Source of the DNA: an uncultured Planctomycetia bacterium
GTDB taxonomy: Bacteria; Omnitrophota; Gorgyraeia; Duberdicusellales; Duberdicusellaceae
Assembly: GCA_964604895.1 (NCBI GenBank)
Contig: CAZSAI010000002.1
Location: 1-37,966 of the forward strand
Direction of reading: 5' to 3'
Length of the DNA: 37,966 nt
Position 1 is the first letter of the stretch; each line of letters opens with the position of its first letter. Positions 24,107-33,319 of this stretch are shown here, in pieces. A program made the translations under genes and the position numbers. The notes below the pieces were generated by a model. That model searched no databases and was not told the DNA's origin. It was given only the letters and a program-made list of their open reading frames with translations.

Positions 24107-25375
24107 ATGAAGAAAGTAGCCCCTAATCTTATCACCGGAGTAGTTTTAGCTGCTGGAAAGGGCCTAAGAATGAAATCAGCCCTTCCTAAGGTTGTACATA
24201 AGCTTTGTGGCGTTCCTCTTATATATTATCCATTGTCTTTGCTTTCTTTGTTGAAGATAAAGAAGGTGTTTGTAGTTTTAGGGCATAAGAGAGAGCTGAT
24301 TAAGAGAGAGGTACTTAAAGAATTTAAGGATGTAAAGTTTGTTTATCAGAAGGAATTAAATGGGAGCGCTAAAGCTTTGGAGTCTGCTTTGAGATATATA
24401 AAAACTCCTTATATCTTGGTTATGTGTGGAGATTCCTCTTTCTTAAATAAAGGGGTATTAAGCTCAGCGATTTCTTTTCATCTTTCTAATAAAAATTCTT
24501 GTACAGTTTTAAGTAGAGAGACCTCTTTTCCTCAATCTTTAGGTAGGATAATAAGGGATTCGCAGGGCCGGCTTCTTAAGATTAGGGAGGAAGTAGAGTT
24601 AGATAAAAAAACCTTAGTTTCTTTAAGAGAAGTAAATACAGGTATCTATATATTTAACCGAGCCCCAGTCTCTAAAGAGATAAAGAATGTCAAACTTAAC
24701 CCTAAGAAAAGAGAATATTTTCTTACAGATATTATAGAGATTTTAAGGCTTAAAGGTTATAAGATTGAGGCTTTTAAAGTGAATTCAAAAGAGGCTTTTT
24801 ATTCAATAAATAGTTTTAAAGATTTAGTAGAGGCTCAAAATTTAGTTAGGTCCTATCTTATTGAGTCTCTTATAGATAAGGGAGTAAGAATCTTAGACCC
24901 TCAGACTACTTTCTTGGGTCCTAAGACTTTAATAGGGAGAAATTCTATAATTTATCCCTTTACCTTTTTGGAAAATAATGTTAAAATTGGAAATTCTTGT
25001 GTAGTGGGACCCTTTGCTCATTTAAGGGAAGGCACAGTTATAGAAGATAACTCCTATATAGGTAATTTTACGGAATTGGTAAGGACAAGAATTTCTTCTG
25101 GGGTTAAAATGAAACATTTTGGGTATCTAGGAGATACTGAGGTAGGTAAAGCTACAAATATTGGAGCAGGGGTAGTTGTGGCTAATTTTGATGGTAAAAG
25201 GAAGAATAAGACTAAGATTCTTGAAGGAGCTTTTATTGGTTCAGATACAGTGATAGTTGCTCCAGTTAAGATAGGCAAGGGTGCTTATACAGGTGCTGGA
25301 AGTGTAGTCACTAAGGATGTAAAGGATAGGACTTTAGTAGTAGGGGTTCCTGCTAAAAAGTTAAGGAGAGTTTAG
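24107..25375 (+). CDS. glmU: Bifunctional GlcNAc-1-P uridyltransferase / GlcN-1-P acetyltransferase
   Basis: GVVLAAGKGLRMKSALPKVVHKL N-terminal nucleotidyltransferase motif and C-terminal left-handed beta-helix hexapeptide repeats; 422 aa. Confidence 0.85.
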   Translation: MKKVAPNLITGVVLAAGKGLRMKSALPKVVHKLCGVPLIYYPLSLLSLLKIKKVFVVLGHKRELIKREVLKEFKDVKFVYQKELNGSAKALESALRYIKTPYILVMCGDSSFLNKGVLSSAISFHLSNKNSCTVLSRETSFPQSLGRIIRDSQGRLLKIREEVELDKKTLVSLREVNTGIYIFNRAPVSKEIKNVKLNPKKREYFLTDIIEILRLKGYKIEAFKVNSKEAFYSINSFKDLVEAQNLVRSYLIESLIDKGVRILDPQTTFLGPKTLIGRNSIIYPFTFLENNVKIGNSCVVGPFAHLREGTVIEDNSYIGNFTELVRTRISSGVKMKHFGYLGDTEVGKATNIGAGVVVANFDGKRKNKTKILEGAFIGSDTVIVAPVKIGKGAYTGAGSVVTKDVKDRTLVVGVPAKKLRRV

Positions 25376-25377
25376 AA

Positions 25378-26322
25378 ATGTTTAATAGAATATCTATATT
25401 TACTGGGAATGCCCATCCTAAACTGGCTAAAGATATTGCTAAGTACTTAAAAGGAGAGGTTTCCCAAGCTTTGGTTTCCCGTTTTAGCGATGGAGAAGTA
25501 AGAGTAAAGATAGAGGAGAATGTTCGAGGAAAAGATGTTTTTGTAGTTCAGCCAACCTCTCCTCCAGTAAATGAAAATTTAATGGAGCTTTTAATTATGA
25601 TTGATGCCCTGAAGAGAGCTTCAGCCCGTAGAATCACAGCAGTAATTCCTTACTTTGGTTACGCTCGTCAGGATAGAAAAGATCAGCCCCGAGTTCCTAT
25701 TACTGCTAAGTTGGTAGCTAATCTTCTGACTACAGCTGGTGCAGATAGAGTTCTAACTTTAGATTTGCATGCTGGCCAGATTCAGGGTTTTTTTGATATA
25801 CCTCTAGATCATCTTTACGCTATTAATGTTTTTGTAGAATATTTTTCTAAAAAGAAATTTAAGAATAACTTGGTAGTAGTCTCTCCTGATGTGGGTGGTA
25901 TAAAGATGGCAAGAGCTTATGCTAAGAGATTAAGAGCAGGTTTAGCAATTGTAGATAAAAGAAGAAATACGCCAGACTCTACAGAGGCGATTCATATCTT
26001 GGGAGAGGTAAAAGCTAAAGTAGCTATTTTGGTAGATGATATAATAGCTACAGGAAGCTCCCTGATAGAGGCAGCCAAAGTGTTAAAGAAAGCAGGGACA
26101 AAGAAGATTTATGCAGCAGTAACCCATGGGGTTCTTTCTAAGGATGCCCCTAAGAAATTAGAAAATTCTGAAATTAGCCAGTTGGTAATTACTGATAGTA
26201 TTCCTTTGCCTAAGGAGAAGAGGACTTCTAAGATTAAAGTAGTTAGTGTTGCTCCCTTGCTGGGAGAAGCTATTAAAAGGATTCACGAGGAAAAATCCAT
26301 AAGCATTCTCTTTAATTTTTAG
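25378..26322 (+). CDS. prs: Ribose-phosphate pyrophosphokinase
   Basis: FSDGEVRVKIEENVRGKDVFVVQ, YFGYARQDRK and VDDIIATGSS motifs; 314 aa. Confidence 0.93.
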   Translation: MFNRISIFTGNAHPKLAKDIAKYLKGEVSQALVSRFSDGEVRVKIEENVRGKDVFVVQPTSPPVNENLMELLIMIDALKRASARRITAVIPYFGYARQDRKDQPRVPITAKLVANLLTTAGADRVLTLDLHAGQIQGFFDIPLDHLYAINVFVEYFSKKKFKNNLVVVSPDVGGIKMARAYAKRLRAGLAIVDKRRNTPDSTEAIHILGEVKAKVAILVDDIIATGSSLIEAAKVLKKAGTKKIYAAVTHGVLSKDAPKKLENSEISQLVITDSIPLPKEKRTSKIKVVSVAPLLGEAIKRIHEEKSISILFNF

Positions 26323-26324
26323 AG

Positions 26325-26984
26325 ATGGAAGAGATAAAGATAAAAGCTTTATTAAGAAAAGAGAAGGGTAGTTCCCAAGCTAAAGCTTTAAGAAGGAATA
26401 ATTTTATCCCAGCTATAGTCTATGGGAAAGAGACGAATCTTCCTATTAAAATAGAGAAGAGCCAACTTAAGTATCTGAAAGCTCATCATTTCTCTGAGAA
26501 TATTTTGATAAATTTAGAAATTGAAGATAGTTCTTCTGGAAATATCCCTGTCTTGTTAAAAGATTATCAACTTAATCCTTTGACTGAAGAAGTTATCCAT
26601 TTAGATTTTATAAGAGTATCGATGGAGGAGAAAGTAGAGGTAGAAGTCCCTATAGAGATAAAGGGAGAATCTAAGGGAGTGAAAGCAGGAGGGGTCTTAG
26701 AAAGGATTCTTTGGAATATAAAAGTTGAGTGTTTGCCTAAGGATATTCCAGAAAGTATAGTGGTAGATGTCTCAGAGCTTGATATAGGTGATTCCATTCA
26801 TATAGAAGATTTAAAGCTTCCTCAGGGTATAAAGGCAGTAGGTGATTCTAAAGAGGTAGTAGTTACGGTCCTGGCTCCTATGAAGGAAGAAGAGGTTGTA
26901 GAGGAGGCAGAAGAAGTAGTTGAAGAGCCAGAGGTTATAAAAGAAAAGCCTAAAGAGGAGAAAGAAGAAGCTAAAGAAGAGTAG
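26325..26984 (+). CDS. rplY: 50S ribosomal protein L25 / general stress protein Ctc (long form, acidic tail)
   Basis: LRRNNFIPAIVYGK, HLDFIRV and the C-terminal Ctc domain with an E/K-rich tail; 219 aa. Confidence 0.88.
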   Translation: MEEIKIKALLRKEKGSSQAKALRRNNFIPAIVYGKETNLPIKIEKSQLKYLKAHHFSENILINLEIEDSSSGNIPVLLKDYQLNPLTEEVIHLDFIRVSMEEKVEVEVPIEIKGESKGVKAGGVLERILWNIKVECLPKDIPESIVVDVSELDIGDSIHIEDLKLPQGIKAVGDSKEVVVTVLAPMKEEEVVEEAEEVVEEPEVIKEKPKEEKEEAKEE

Positions 26985-26986
26985 AA

Positions 26987-27532
26987 TTGAGGCTCATTGT
27001 AGGCTTAGGTAATCCAGGGATAAAATTTAGAGAAACTCGGCATAACTTGGGATTTGAAGTAATAGATGAGGTAGCTAAAAGGTTGAAGATGAGATTTAAA
27101 AGAAACTTATATTCCAAAGCTTATATAGCTTCTAAAGGTGAAGTTATTCTGGCTAAGCCTTATACTTTCATGAATCTTTCAGGATTTTCAGTAAGAAGAT
27201 TGAAAGAGAAATTTGATATTTCTCTTAGAGATATTTTAGTAATTTGTGATGACCTTAACTTACCTCTAGGAAAACTTAGATTAAGAGCCAGAGGAAGTAG
27301 TGGAGGACATAAAGGTCTTTCTTCAATTATTACGGCTTTAAATAGTGAGGATTTTCCCCGTCTAAGGATAGGTATAGGCAGGAATTTAGAAGAAGATTTT
27401 AGTTCTTTTGTTTTATCAAAATTTTCTAAAGAGGAGGCTCCTTTAGTAAGAGAAGCAGTAAATAGAGCTTCTATATGTGCCGAAGAATGGCTTAAAGAGG
27501 ATATTCAGAAACTAATGGCTAAATATAATTAG
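26987..27532 (+). CDS. pth: Peptidyl-tRNA hydrolase
   Basis: TTG start; LIVGLGNPG..F..TRHNLGF, DDLNLPLGKLRLR..GS.GGHKGL and RLRIGIGR motifs. Confidence 0.9.
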   Translation: MRLIVGLGNPGIKFRETRHNLGFEVIDEVAKRLKMRFKRNLYSKAYIASKGEVILAKPYTFMNLSGFSVRRLKEKFDISLRDILVICDDLNLPLGKLRLRARGSSGGHKGLSSIITALNSEDFPRLRIGIGRNLEEDFSSFVLSKFSKEEAPLVREAVNRASICAEEWLKEDIQKLMAKYN

Positions 27533-27539
27533 GAGAAAA

Positions 27540-27851
27540 ATGAGAAGTTATGAGTTGACGCTTATAGTAAGGCCGGATTTGAATAGAGAGGCTTATGAGG
27601 AGATAAAGAATAAGCTTTCCTCTCTCCTATCTAAGGAAGAAGGCAGTTTAAAGAGTTGGCAGATTTGGAAAGAAAGACATAAATTTTCTTATCCTTTAAG
27701 GTTAAGAGGAGCTGAGAAGAAAAAATTTTATGAAGGAACTTATATAATCTGTGAATTTCTTCTTGGGCCCAAGAGATTAGGAAGTCTAAAGTATACTTTA
27801 GACTTGGATGAGAGGATTATTCGATATTTAATAATAAATAAGGAAGATTAA
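27540..27851 (+). CDS. rpsF: 30S ribosomal protein S6
   Basis: MRSYELTLIVRPDL start and the rpsF-ssb-rpsR-rplI context; 103 aa. Confidence 0.85.
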   Translation: MRSYELTLIVRPDLNREAYEEIKNKLSSLLSKEEGSLKSWQIWKERHKFSYPLRLRGAEKKKFYEGTYIICEFLLGPKRLGSLKYTLDLDERIIRYLIINKED

Positions 27852-27866
27852 GAAGGAAGGAGAAAT

Positions 27867-28289
27867 ATGGCTAATTTGAATAAAGTTTTTCTTATCGGTA
27901 ACTTAACCCGGGACCCTGAGCTTCGTTATACTCCTCAGGGTAGCCCTGTTACTACTTTAAGAATTGCTGTAAATAGAAACTTTCGCACAAAAGCAGGCGA
28001 GAATAAGAGAGAGACTTGTTTCGTAAATGTAATTAGTTGGGGAAATTTGGCTGAAATCTGTAATCAGTATCTTCAGAAAGGAAAATCTATTTTTGTAGAG
28101 GGAAGACTTCAATCCCGAAGTTGGCAAGACCCCCAGGGTAAAAATCGTTCAGTAATAGAAGTAAGGGCTGAAAGAATCCAATTCCTTACTCCTAAGGCAG
28201 AGGTAGGAGTAGACGTAGATTTAGGCACCGAGCCAGAATTAGAAATAGAGGAGGAGAACTCTTCCCTAGAGGTGGGAAATGGCAGTTAA
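27867..28289 (+). CDS. ssb: Single-stranded DNA-binding protein
   Basis: [33 protein letters not shown] ... [14 protein letters not shown]-fold motifs; 140 aa; atypical C-terminus (see findings). Confidence 0.9.
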   Translation: MANLNKVFLIGNLTRDPELRYTPQGSPVTTLRIAVNRNFRTKAGENKRETCFVNVISWGNLAEICNQYLQKGKSIFVEGRLQSRSWQDPQGKNRSVIEVRAERIQFLTPKAEVGVDVDLGTEPELEIEEENSSLEVGNGS

Positions 28290-28512
28290 GAGACAGAGAA
28301 AAGTATTGAGATTTAAGAAGAGGTGTATATTCTGTAAGGATAACCTCCAGATAGACTATAAGAATATAGAGCTCCTTTCCCGATTTTTAAATGTAAAGGG
28401 AAGGATTACTTCTCGCAGGGTTAATGGAAATTGCGCGAAACACCAGAGGAAGTTAGCCAAGGCTATTAAGCGGGCAAGATTTTTGGCTCTTCTTCCTTAT
28501 GTGGTAAGATGA
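28279..28512 (+). CDS. rpsR: 30S ribosomal protein S18
   Basis: C.FC......IDYKN.ELLSRFL...[30 protein letters not shown]; 77 aa. Confidence 0.9.
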   Translation: MAVKRQRKVLRFKKRCIFCKDNLQIDYKNIELLSRFLNVKGRITSRRVNGNCAKHQRKLAKAIKRARFLALLPYVVR

Positions 28513-28952
28513 AGATAATTCTCCTAGAAGATATAAAAAAGCTTGGCAGTAAGGGTACGGTAGTGGAGGTAAAAGAGGGTTTTGCTCGTAACTATCTTAT
28601 CCCCCAGGCTAAAGCCTTAGAAGCTACCCAGAAGAATCTATCTCTTCTTAAGAGAAAAGAGGAGAGAGAAAAAAAACTTAGAGAAAAAGAGAAGAAAAAA
28701 GCTTTAGAGCTTGCTGAGAAGATTTCTAAGTTATCTTTAACTCTTCCTTGTCCTGCGAAAGATAATGAGGAACTCTTTGGTTCAGTAACCCCTCAGATGA
28801 TAGTCTCTTCTTTGAAAGAGGAGGGCTATGAGGTTAGTAAAGATGCGATACTCTTGGAGGAATCTATAAAGAAGTTAGGGATATATAAGATAAAGGTAAA
28901 ACTCCATCCAGAAGTAATCTCTGAATTTAAATTATGGGTAGTGAAAAAATAA
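28509..28952 (+). CDS. rplI: 50S ribosomal protein L9
   Basis: [35 protein letters not shown] is the classic L9 N-terminus; 147 aa. Confidence 0.9.
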   Translation: MKIILLEDIKKLGSKGTVVEVKEGFARNYLIPQAKALEATQKNLSLLKRKEEREKKLREKEKKKALELAEKISKLSLTLPCPAKDNEELFGSVTPQMIVSSLKEEGYEVSKDAILLEESIKKLGIYKIKVKLHPEVISEFKLWVVKK

Positions 28953-28970
28953 GCTCAATTCTCTAAAGAT

Positions 28971-30338
28971 ATGGATGCCCCAGTTAAATTGACTCCTGAT
29001 AAACTCCCTCCTCAAAATATAGAAGCAGAACAGGCAGTTTTAGGGGCAATGCTTCTCAATGATAAGATTATCCCTGAAATTTTAGAAATCATTGATGGAA
29101 GCTATTTTTATAAAGAAGCTCACCAGGAGATTTTTTCGGCAATTATAGACTTATTCCATAATAGGAAGAGTATCGACATAGTTACTGTTGCAGAAGTATT
29201 AAAGAAAAAAGGAAAGTTAGAAGAAGCAGGAGGGGTAGTTTATCTTACTAATTTGGTAGATAATGTTCCTGTAGCTTCTAATGCGGTAAGCTATGCCAAG
29301 ATTGTTAAAGAGAAAGGTATCCTGCGAGCTTTAATCAACTCCTCCTTCCAAATTCTTTCTCTATGCTATGAGGCTAAGGAAGGAGCCTCTTCTATTTTAG
29401 ATAAGTCAGAAAGGTTAATTTTTGAGATAAGCGATAGACGTATTGAAGGTGGCTATGTTCATATAAAAGAGGTTATAAAGAGTAGTATTGAGTTGATAGA
29501 TACTCTTTATCAAAAAAAGAGTCACGTTACTGGTATCCCTTCAGGGTTTAAAGAGTTTGATATTCGCACCTCTGGTCTTCATCCTGGAGACCTTATAGTT
29601 ATTGCAGGAAGGCCCTCAATGGGGAAAAGTGCCTTTGTGACTTGTTTAGCTGAGTATATTGCTGTGGAGTGTAATATCCCTGTAGGCTTTTTTAGCTTAG
29701 AGATGTCTAAGGAGCAGTTAGTCCAAAGATTTCTTTGTTCTTATGCTAAGGTAGATGCCCATAAGTTAAGAACTGGTTTTCTTTCTCCTTCAGATTGGCC
29801 CCTTTTGACTGCAGCTGCTGGGAAGCTTTCCGAGGCTCCTTTATTTATTGACGATACCCCAGCCATAAACATATTTGAGTTAAGAGCAAAAGCCCGAAGA
29901 ATGCGCTCTCATCATAATATTCAGGTAATCATTGTAGATTATCTTCAGCTTATAAGAGGGAGTGGCCGGCCGGAAAGTAGACAACAAGAGATATCTGAAG
30001 TTTCCCAGGCTCTTAAAGCTTTAGCCAAAGAGTTGAACGCCCCAGTTGTGGCAGTAAGTCAGCTTTCTCGAGAAGTAGAGAAGCGAGAGGACCATAGACC
30101 TCGACTTTCTGATTTGAGAGAGTCAGGAGCGATTGAACAGGATGCAGATTTGGTGGTCCTTCTTTATAGAGAGGAGTACTATGAGCCTGATACTGAGAAG
30201 AAAGGGATAGCCGAGATAAATATCGCTAAGCAACGGAATGGTCCTACTGGAATAATTGAGTTAGGTTTTGTAAAAGAGTATATGAAATTTGTAAATTTAG
30301 ACTTTACCCATATAGAAGAAGAGGGTTTAGGAGAGTGA
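28971..30338 (+). CDS. dnaB: Replicative DNA helicase
   Basis: PPQNIEAEQAVLGAML, GRPSMGKSAF (Walker A), IVDYLQLI and AKQRNGPTG motifs; 455 aa; no intein-sized insertion. Confidence 0.93.
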   Translation: MDAPVKLTPDKLPPQNIEAEQAVLGAMLLNDKIIPEILEIIDGSYFYKEAHQEIFSAIIDLFHNRKSIDIVTVAEVLKKKGKLEEAGGVVYLTNLVDNVPVASNAVSYAKIVKEKGILRALINSSFQILSLCYEAKEGASSILDKSERLIFEISDRRIEGGYVHIKEVIKSSIELIDTLYQKKSHVTGIPSGFKEFDIRTSGLHPGDLIVIAGRPSMGKSAFVTCLAEYIAVECNIPVGFFSLEMSKEQLVQRFLCSYAKVDAHKLRTGFLSPSDWPLLTAAAGKLSEAPLFIDDTPAINIFELRAKARRMRSHHNIQVIIVDYLQLIRGSGRPESRQQEISEVSQALKALAKELNAPVVAVSQLSREVEKREDHRPRLSDLRESGAIEQDADLVVLLYREEYYEPDTEKKGIAEINIAKQRNGPTGIIELGFVKEYMKFVNLDFTHIEEEGLGE

Positions 30339-30417
30339 ATGTAAGAAATTTCAAAGTGTAAAATTCAATTTTTATTTTGAAATTTGAACTTTTAAATTTG
30401 GAGCAAAGGGTTATCAA

Positions 30418-30445
30418 TTGACTTTCTTAGGGAAGTTGGTATAAT
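30418..30445 (+). promoter_or_regulatory. Near-consensus sigma-70 promoter directly in front of bamA
   Basis: TTGACT (30418-30423), 16-nt spacer ending in TGg (extended -10), then TATAAT (30440-30445). The bamA ATG at 30455 is only 9 nt downstream and has no SD. Confidence 0.5.
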
Positions 30446-30454
30446 AATTTAAAA

Positions 30455-32770
30455 ATGGATATAGATAAAAAAGAAAAAATATCAATTTTTAGAATATTTC
30501 TTTATTTCTTTATTTTTTTTTATCTCCATATCCCAGGATTTGCCCAAAAGAATCCTGAGATAGTCTCTTCTATAGAGATTAGAGGTAATAAAATTATAAG
30601 TAAAGATAAGATAGTTACTCAGATAAAGACCCGAATCGGCCAAGTCTATAATGAGAATGTAGTCAACCAAGATATAAAAAGGATTTATTCTTTGGGCTAT
30701 TTTGAGGATATCTCTACTGAAGTCGAGCAAGAAGATAATAAAGTTAAACTTATTTTTATAGTAAAGGAAAAACCTATTCTTAAAGAGATAAAGATAGAAG
30801 GAGCTAAAAAAATAAGACCCTCTCATCTTATTAAGGAGATTGACTTAAAGAAAGGTTCTTTTTTAGATGAGACTAAGATTAAAGAAGCTAAGCAGAGGAT
30901 TTTAGATTTATATGTAAAAAAAGGCTTTCCTAAGACTGAAGTAGAATATAAGATCTCTAAAGATTCTCTTAAGAATGAAGCAGAGTTAGTTTTTAAGATT
31001 AAGGAAAGTAAACGTCTACGAATAAAAAGAATTTTTGTAATGGGCAATGTAACCTTTTCTGATAAGAGGATACTTAAGCTTATGAAAACAAGACCTGCGT
31101 GGCTTCTAAGAGCAGGTTTTTTTAAAGAGAAAGTCTTTGAGGACGACTTAGAAAGAATAAAAGACTTTTATAAAAGAGAAGGATTTCAGGATATAAAAGT
31201 AACTCCTAAAATAGAGACAGATACACAAAGAGGACTTCTCTATATTACTTTAAATATAGAGGAGGGAAAAAGATACCTAATAGGAGATATTAAGTTAGAA
31301 GGGGCAGAAGAGATTCCTTTAGAGGAGGTGGAGAAGGCTTTAACCATAAGTACTGCTGATATATACAGTGAGGAGAAAATTCAAGAACAGGTAAGCAAGA
31401 TTCAGGAAGTCTATTTTAACAGGGGTTACATTTTTTCCCAAGTAAAGCCGGTTTCTTTCCTTAACCCTAAGACTGGTTTAGTAGATGTTACTTTTAAGAT
31501 AGTGGAAAATAGTTTGATTTATGTAAGAATGATTGAGATTCAAGGAAATACTAAAACCAAAGATAAGGTGATAAGGAGAGAATTGCGAATTAAGCCAGGA
31601 GAGATATTCGATGGAAAAAAACTAAAACGCTCTAAACAAAACTTAGAGAATTTAGGTTTTTTTGAAGAAATTAAGTTTGATGTGAGGTCTGCTCCTCAGC
31701 CTAATTACCAAGATTTAGTGGTAGAAGTTAAGGAGGCAAAGACCGGAAGCTTCAGTTTTGGGGGTGGCTATAGTTCTGTGGACCAATTTATAGGATTTGT
31801 AGAACTTAAGCAAAGAAACTTTGACCTTTTTAATTTTCCTTATTTTACTGGAGCAGGCCAAGACCTAACTTTATATCTTCAGACAGGTACTACCACTGAG
31901 GAATACCTTTTAAGCTTTACTGAACCTTGGTTTCTGGATAGGCCCGTCTCCTTAGGGATTGATGCTTTTAGACGGGAACATGAGAGAGAAAGCGATGTGG
32001 GTTACGGATATAATGAGAAGAGAAAAGGTGGAAGATTAAGATTAGGAAAACGATTTAATGATTATTTTAGAATAAGCGGGAGTTACAGTTTTGAGACTAT
32101 TACAATTTCTGATGTTTCCCCTGATGCTACAAGTGAGCTCCTTAAAGAGGAAGGAGAAAATGATATAAGTAAATTAGGTTTTTCTTTAACTTGGGATTAC
32201 CGAGATAATGTTTTTTCTCCGAGCAGAGGGTTTATTTTTTCCAATTCTTTAGAGGTTGCTGGAGGCCCATTCAGTGGAGACAAAGATTTTTTTAAGTTTT
32301 ACTCTAGTTTTAGTAAATATTTTCCTTTATTTAGAGGGTCGGTTTTGGAATTTAGATTGAGAGCAGGTATTGCTAAAGAATATGGAGACTCTAATGAGGT
32401 TCCTATATATGAAAGGTTCTTTGCCGGAGGTGCTTCTACTATTAGGGGTTATCAGGAAAGAAAAGTCGGTCCTATTGACCCAGTAAGCGAAGACCCTATT
32501 GGAGGAGAAGCGCTATTTGTGGGTAATTTGGAATATACTTACCCCTTAGGGGACTATTTTAAAATAGCTTGTTTTTTTGATACTGGAAGAGTTTGGAAGG
32601 ATTACTCTGACTTTTTAAGCGGGGATTTAATGTCTAGTGTGGGGATTGGATTAAGAGTTAAGACTCCTTTAGGGCCTTTAAGCGTAGATTATGGCTACCC
32701 CTTAGATTTAGAACCAGGAGAGGAAAAAAAGGCTGGAAGATTCCATTTTAATATAAGTAGAGGTTTTTAG
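30455..32770 (+). CDS. bamA: Outer membrane protein assembly factor BamA (POTRA repeats plus Omp85 barrel)
   Basis: Signal peptide, repeated POTRA-type units (I..I.I.GN......I) and the C-terminal barrel motifs RGY, GGE..F.GN.EY and ..RFHFNISRGF (terminal Phe); 771 aa. Confidence 0.9.
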   Translation: MDIDKKEKISIFRIFLYFFIFFYLHIPGFAQKNPEIVSSIEIRGNKIISKDKIVTQIKTRIGQVYNENVVNQDIKRIYSLGYFEDISTEVEQEDNKVKLIFIVKEKPILKEIKIEGAKKIRPSHLIKEIDLKKGSFLDETKIKEAKQRILDLYVKKGFPKTEVEYKISKDSLKNEAELVFKIKESKRLRIKRIFVMGNVTFSDKRILKLMKTRPAWLLRAGFFKEKVFEDDLERIKDFYKREGFQDIKVTPKIETDTQRGLLYITLNIEEGKRYLIGDIKLEGAEEIPLEEVEKALTISTADIYSEEKIQEQVSKIQEVYFNRGYIFSQVKPVSFLNPKTGLVDVTFKIVENSLIYVRMIEIQGNTKTKDKVIRRELRIKPGEIFDGKKLKRSKQNLENLGFFEEIKFDVRSAPQPNYQDLVVEVKEAKTGSFSFGGGYSSVDQFIGFVELKQRNFDLFNFPYFTGAGQDLTLYLQTGTTTEEYLLSFTEPWFLDRPVSLGIDAFRREHERESDVGYGYNEKRKGGRLRLGKRFNDYFRISGSYSFETITISDVSPDATSELLKEEGENDISKLGFSLTWDYRDNVFSPSRGFIFSNSLEVAGGPFSGDKDFFKFYSSFSKYFPLFRGSVLEFRLRAGIAKEYGDSNEVPIYERFFAGGASTIRGYQERKVGPIDPVSEDPIGGEALFVGNLEYTYPLGDYFKIACFFDTGRVWKDYSDFLSGDLMSSVGIGLRVKTPLGPLSVDYGYPLDLEPGEEKKAGRFHFNISRGF

Positions 32771-32809
32771 CTAATATTTATTCACTTCAAGTAAAATTAG
32801 GAGGAGAGG

Positions 32810-33319
32810 ATGAAGAAAGAGTTGAAGAAGGTGGTAGCAAGTATCATTATAGGAGCAAGTTTTTTTATTTCGGGGTTAGTGTTTGCTGAAAATATAATTT
32901 GTGTAGATTTATTTGAAGTTTTCAGTAAATATAAGAAGACCGAAGATTATGATAAAGTGTTAGAGAAGAAACAAAATGAGAAAGAGAAAGAATTGGAGAA
33001 GCAGAAAGAAGAGTTAGACAAACTCCGGGAGGAGTTGAAGCTCCTAAAGGAGAGTGAAAGAAAAGCTAAACAGAAAGAATTAGAAGCCAAGGCTAATGAT
33101 TTTGATAGTTTAAGAAGAGAGGCACTCTTAGATTTAAGAAAAGAAAGAGATGAGAAGATGAAAGAGATATTGGAGGATATTGAAAAAGCTATTGAAAGAT
33201 ATGCAAAGAGCAACAAAGTTTCAATAGTGTTAAAGAAAGGGGCTGTCTCTTATATAGATAGAAAGTTGGATAAGACCAAGGAAATTATAAAGATTCTTAA
33301 TAAGGAGTATAAGAAGTGA
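32810..33319 (+). CDS. skp: OmpH/Skp-family periplasmic chaperone
   Basis: Signal peptide plus a long K/E-rich coiled-coil; 169 aa; canonical position between bamA and lpxD. Confidence 0.8.
   Translation: MKKELKKVVASIIIGASFFISGLVFAENIICVDLFEVFSKYKKTEDYDKVLEKKQNEKEKELEKQKEELDKLREELKLLKESERKAKQKELEAKANDFDSLRREALLDLRKERDEKMKEILEDIEKAIERYAKSNKVSIVLKKGAVSYIDRKLDKTKEIIKILNKEYKK

Noticed and set aside
30346-30385. Inverted repeat AAATTTCAAA ... TTTGAAATTT (20-nt loop) after dnaB, considered as a terminator
   Set aside because: The stem is 10 bp with a single G-C pair, the loop is large, and no clean U-tract follows. That is too weak to call an intrinsic terminator, though it could be a protein-binding palindrome.
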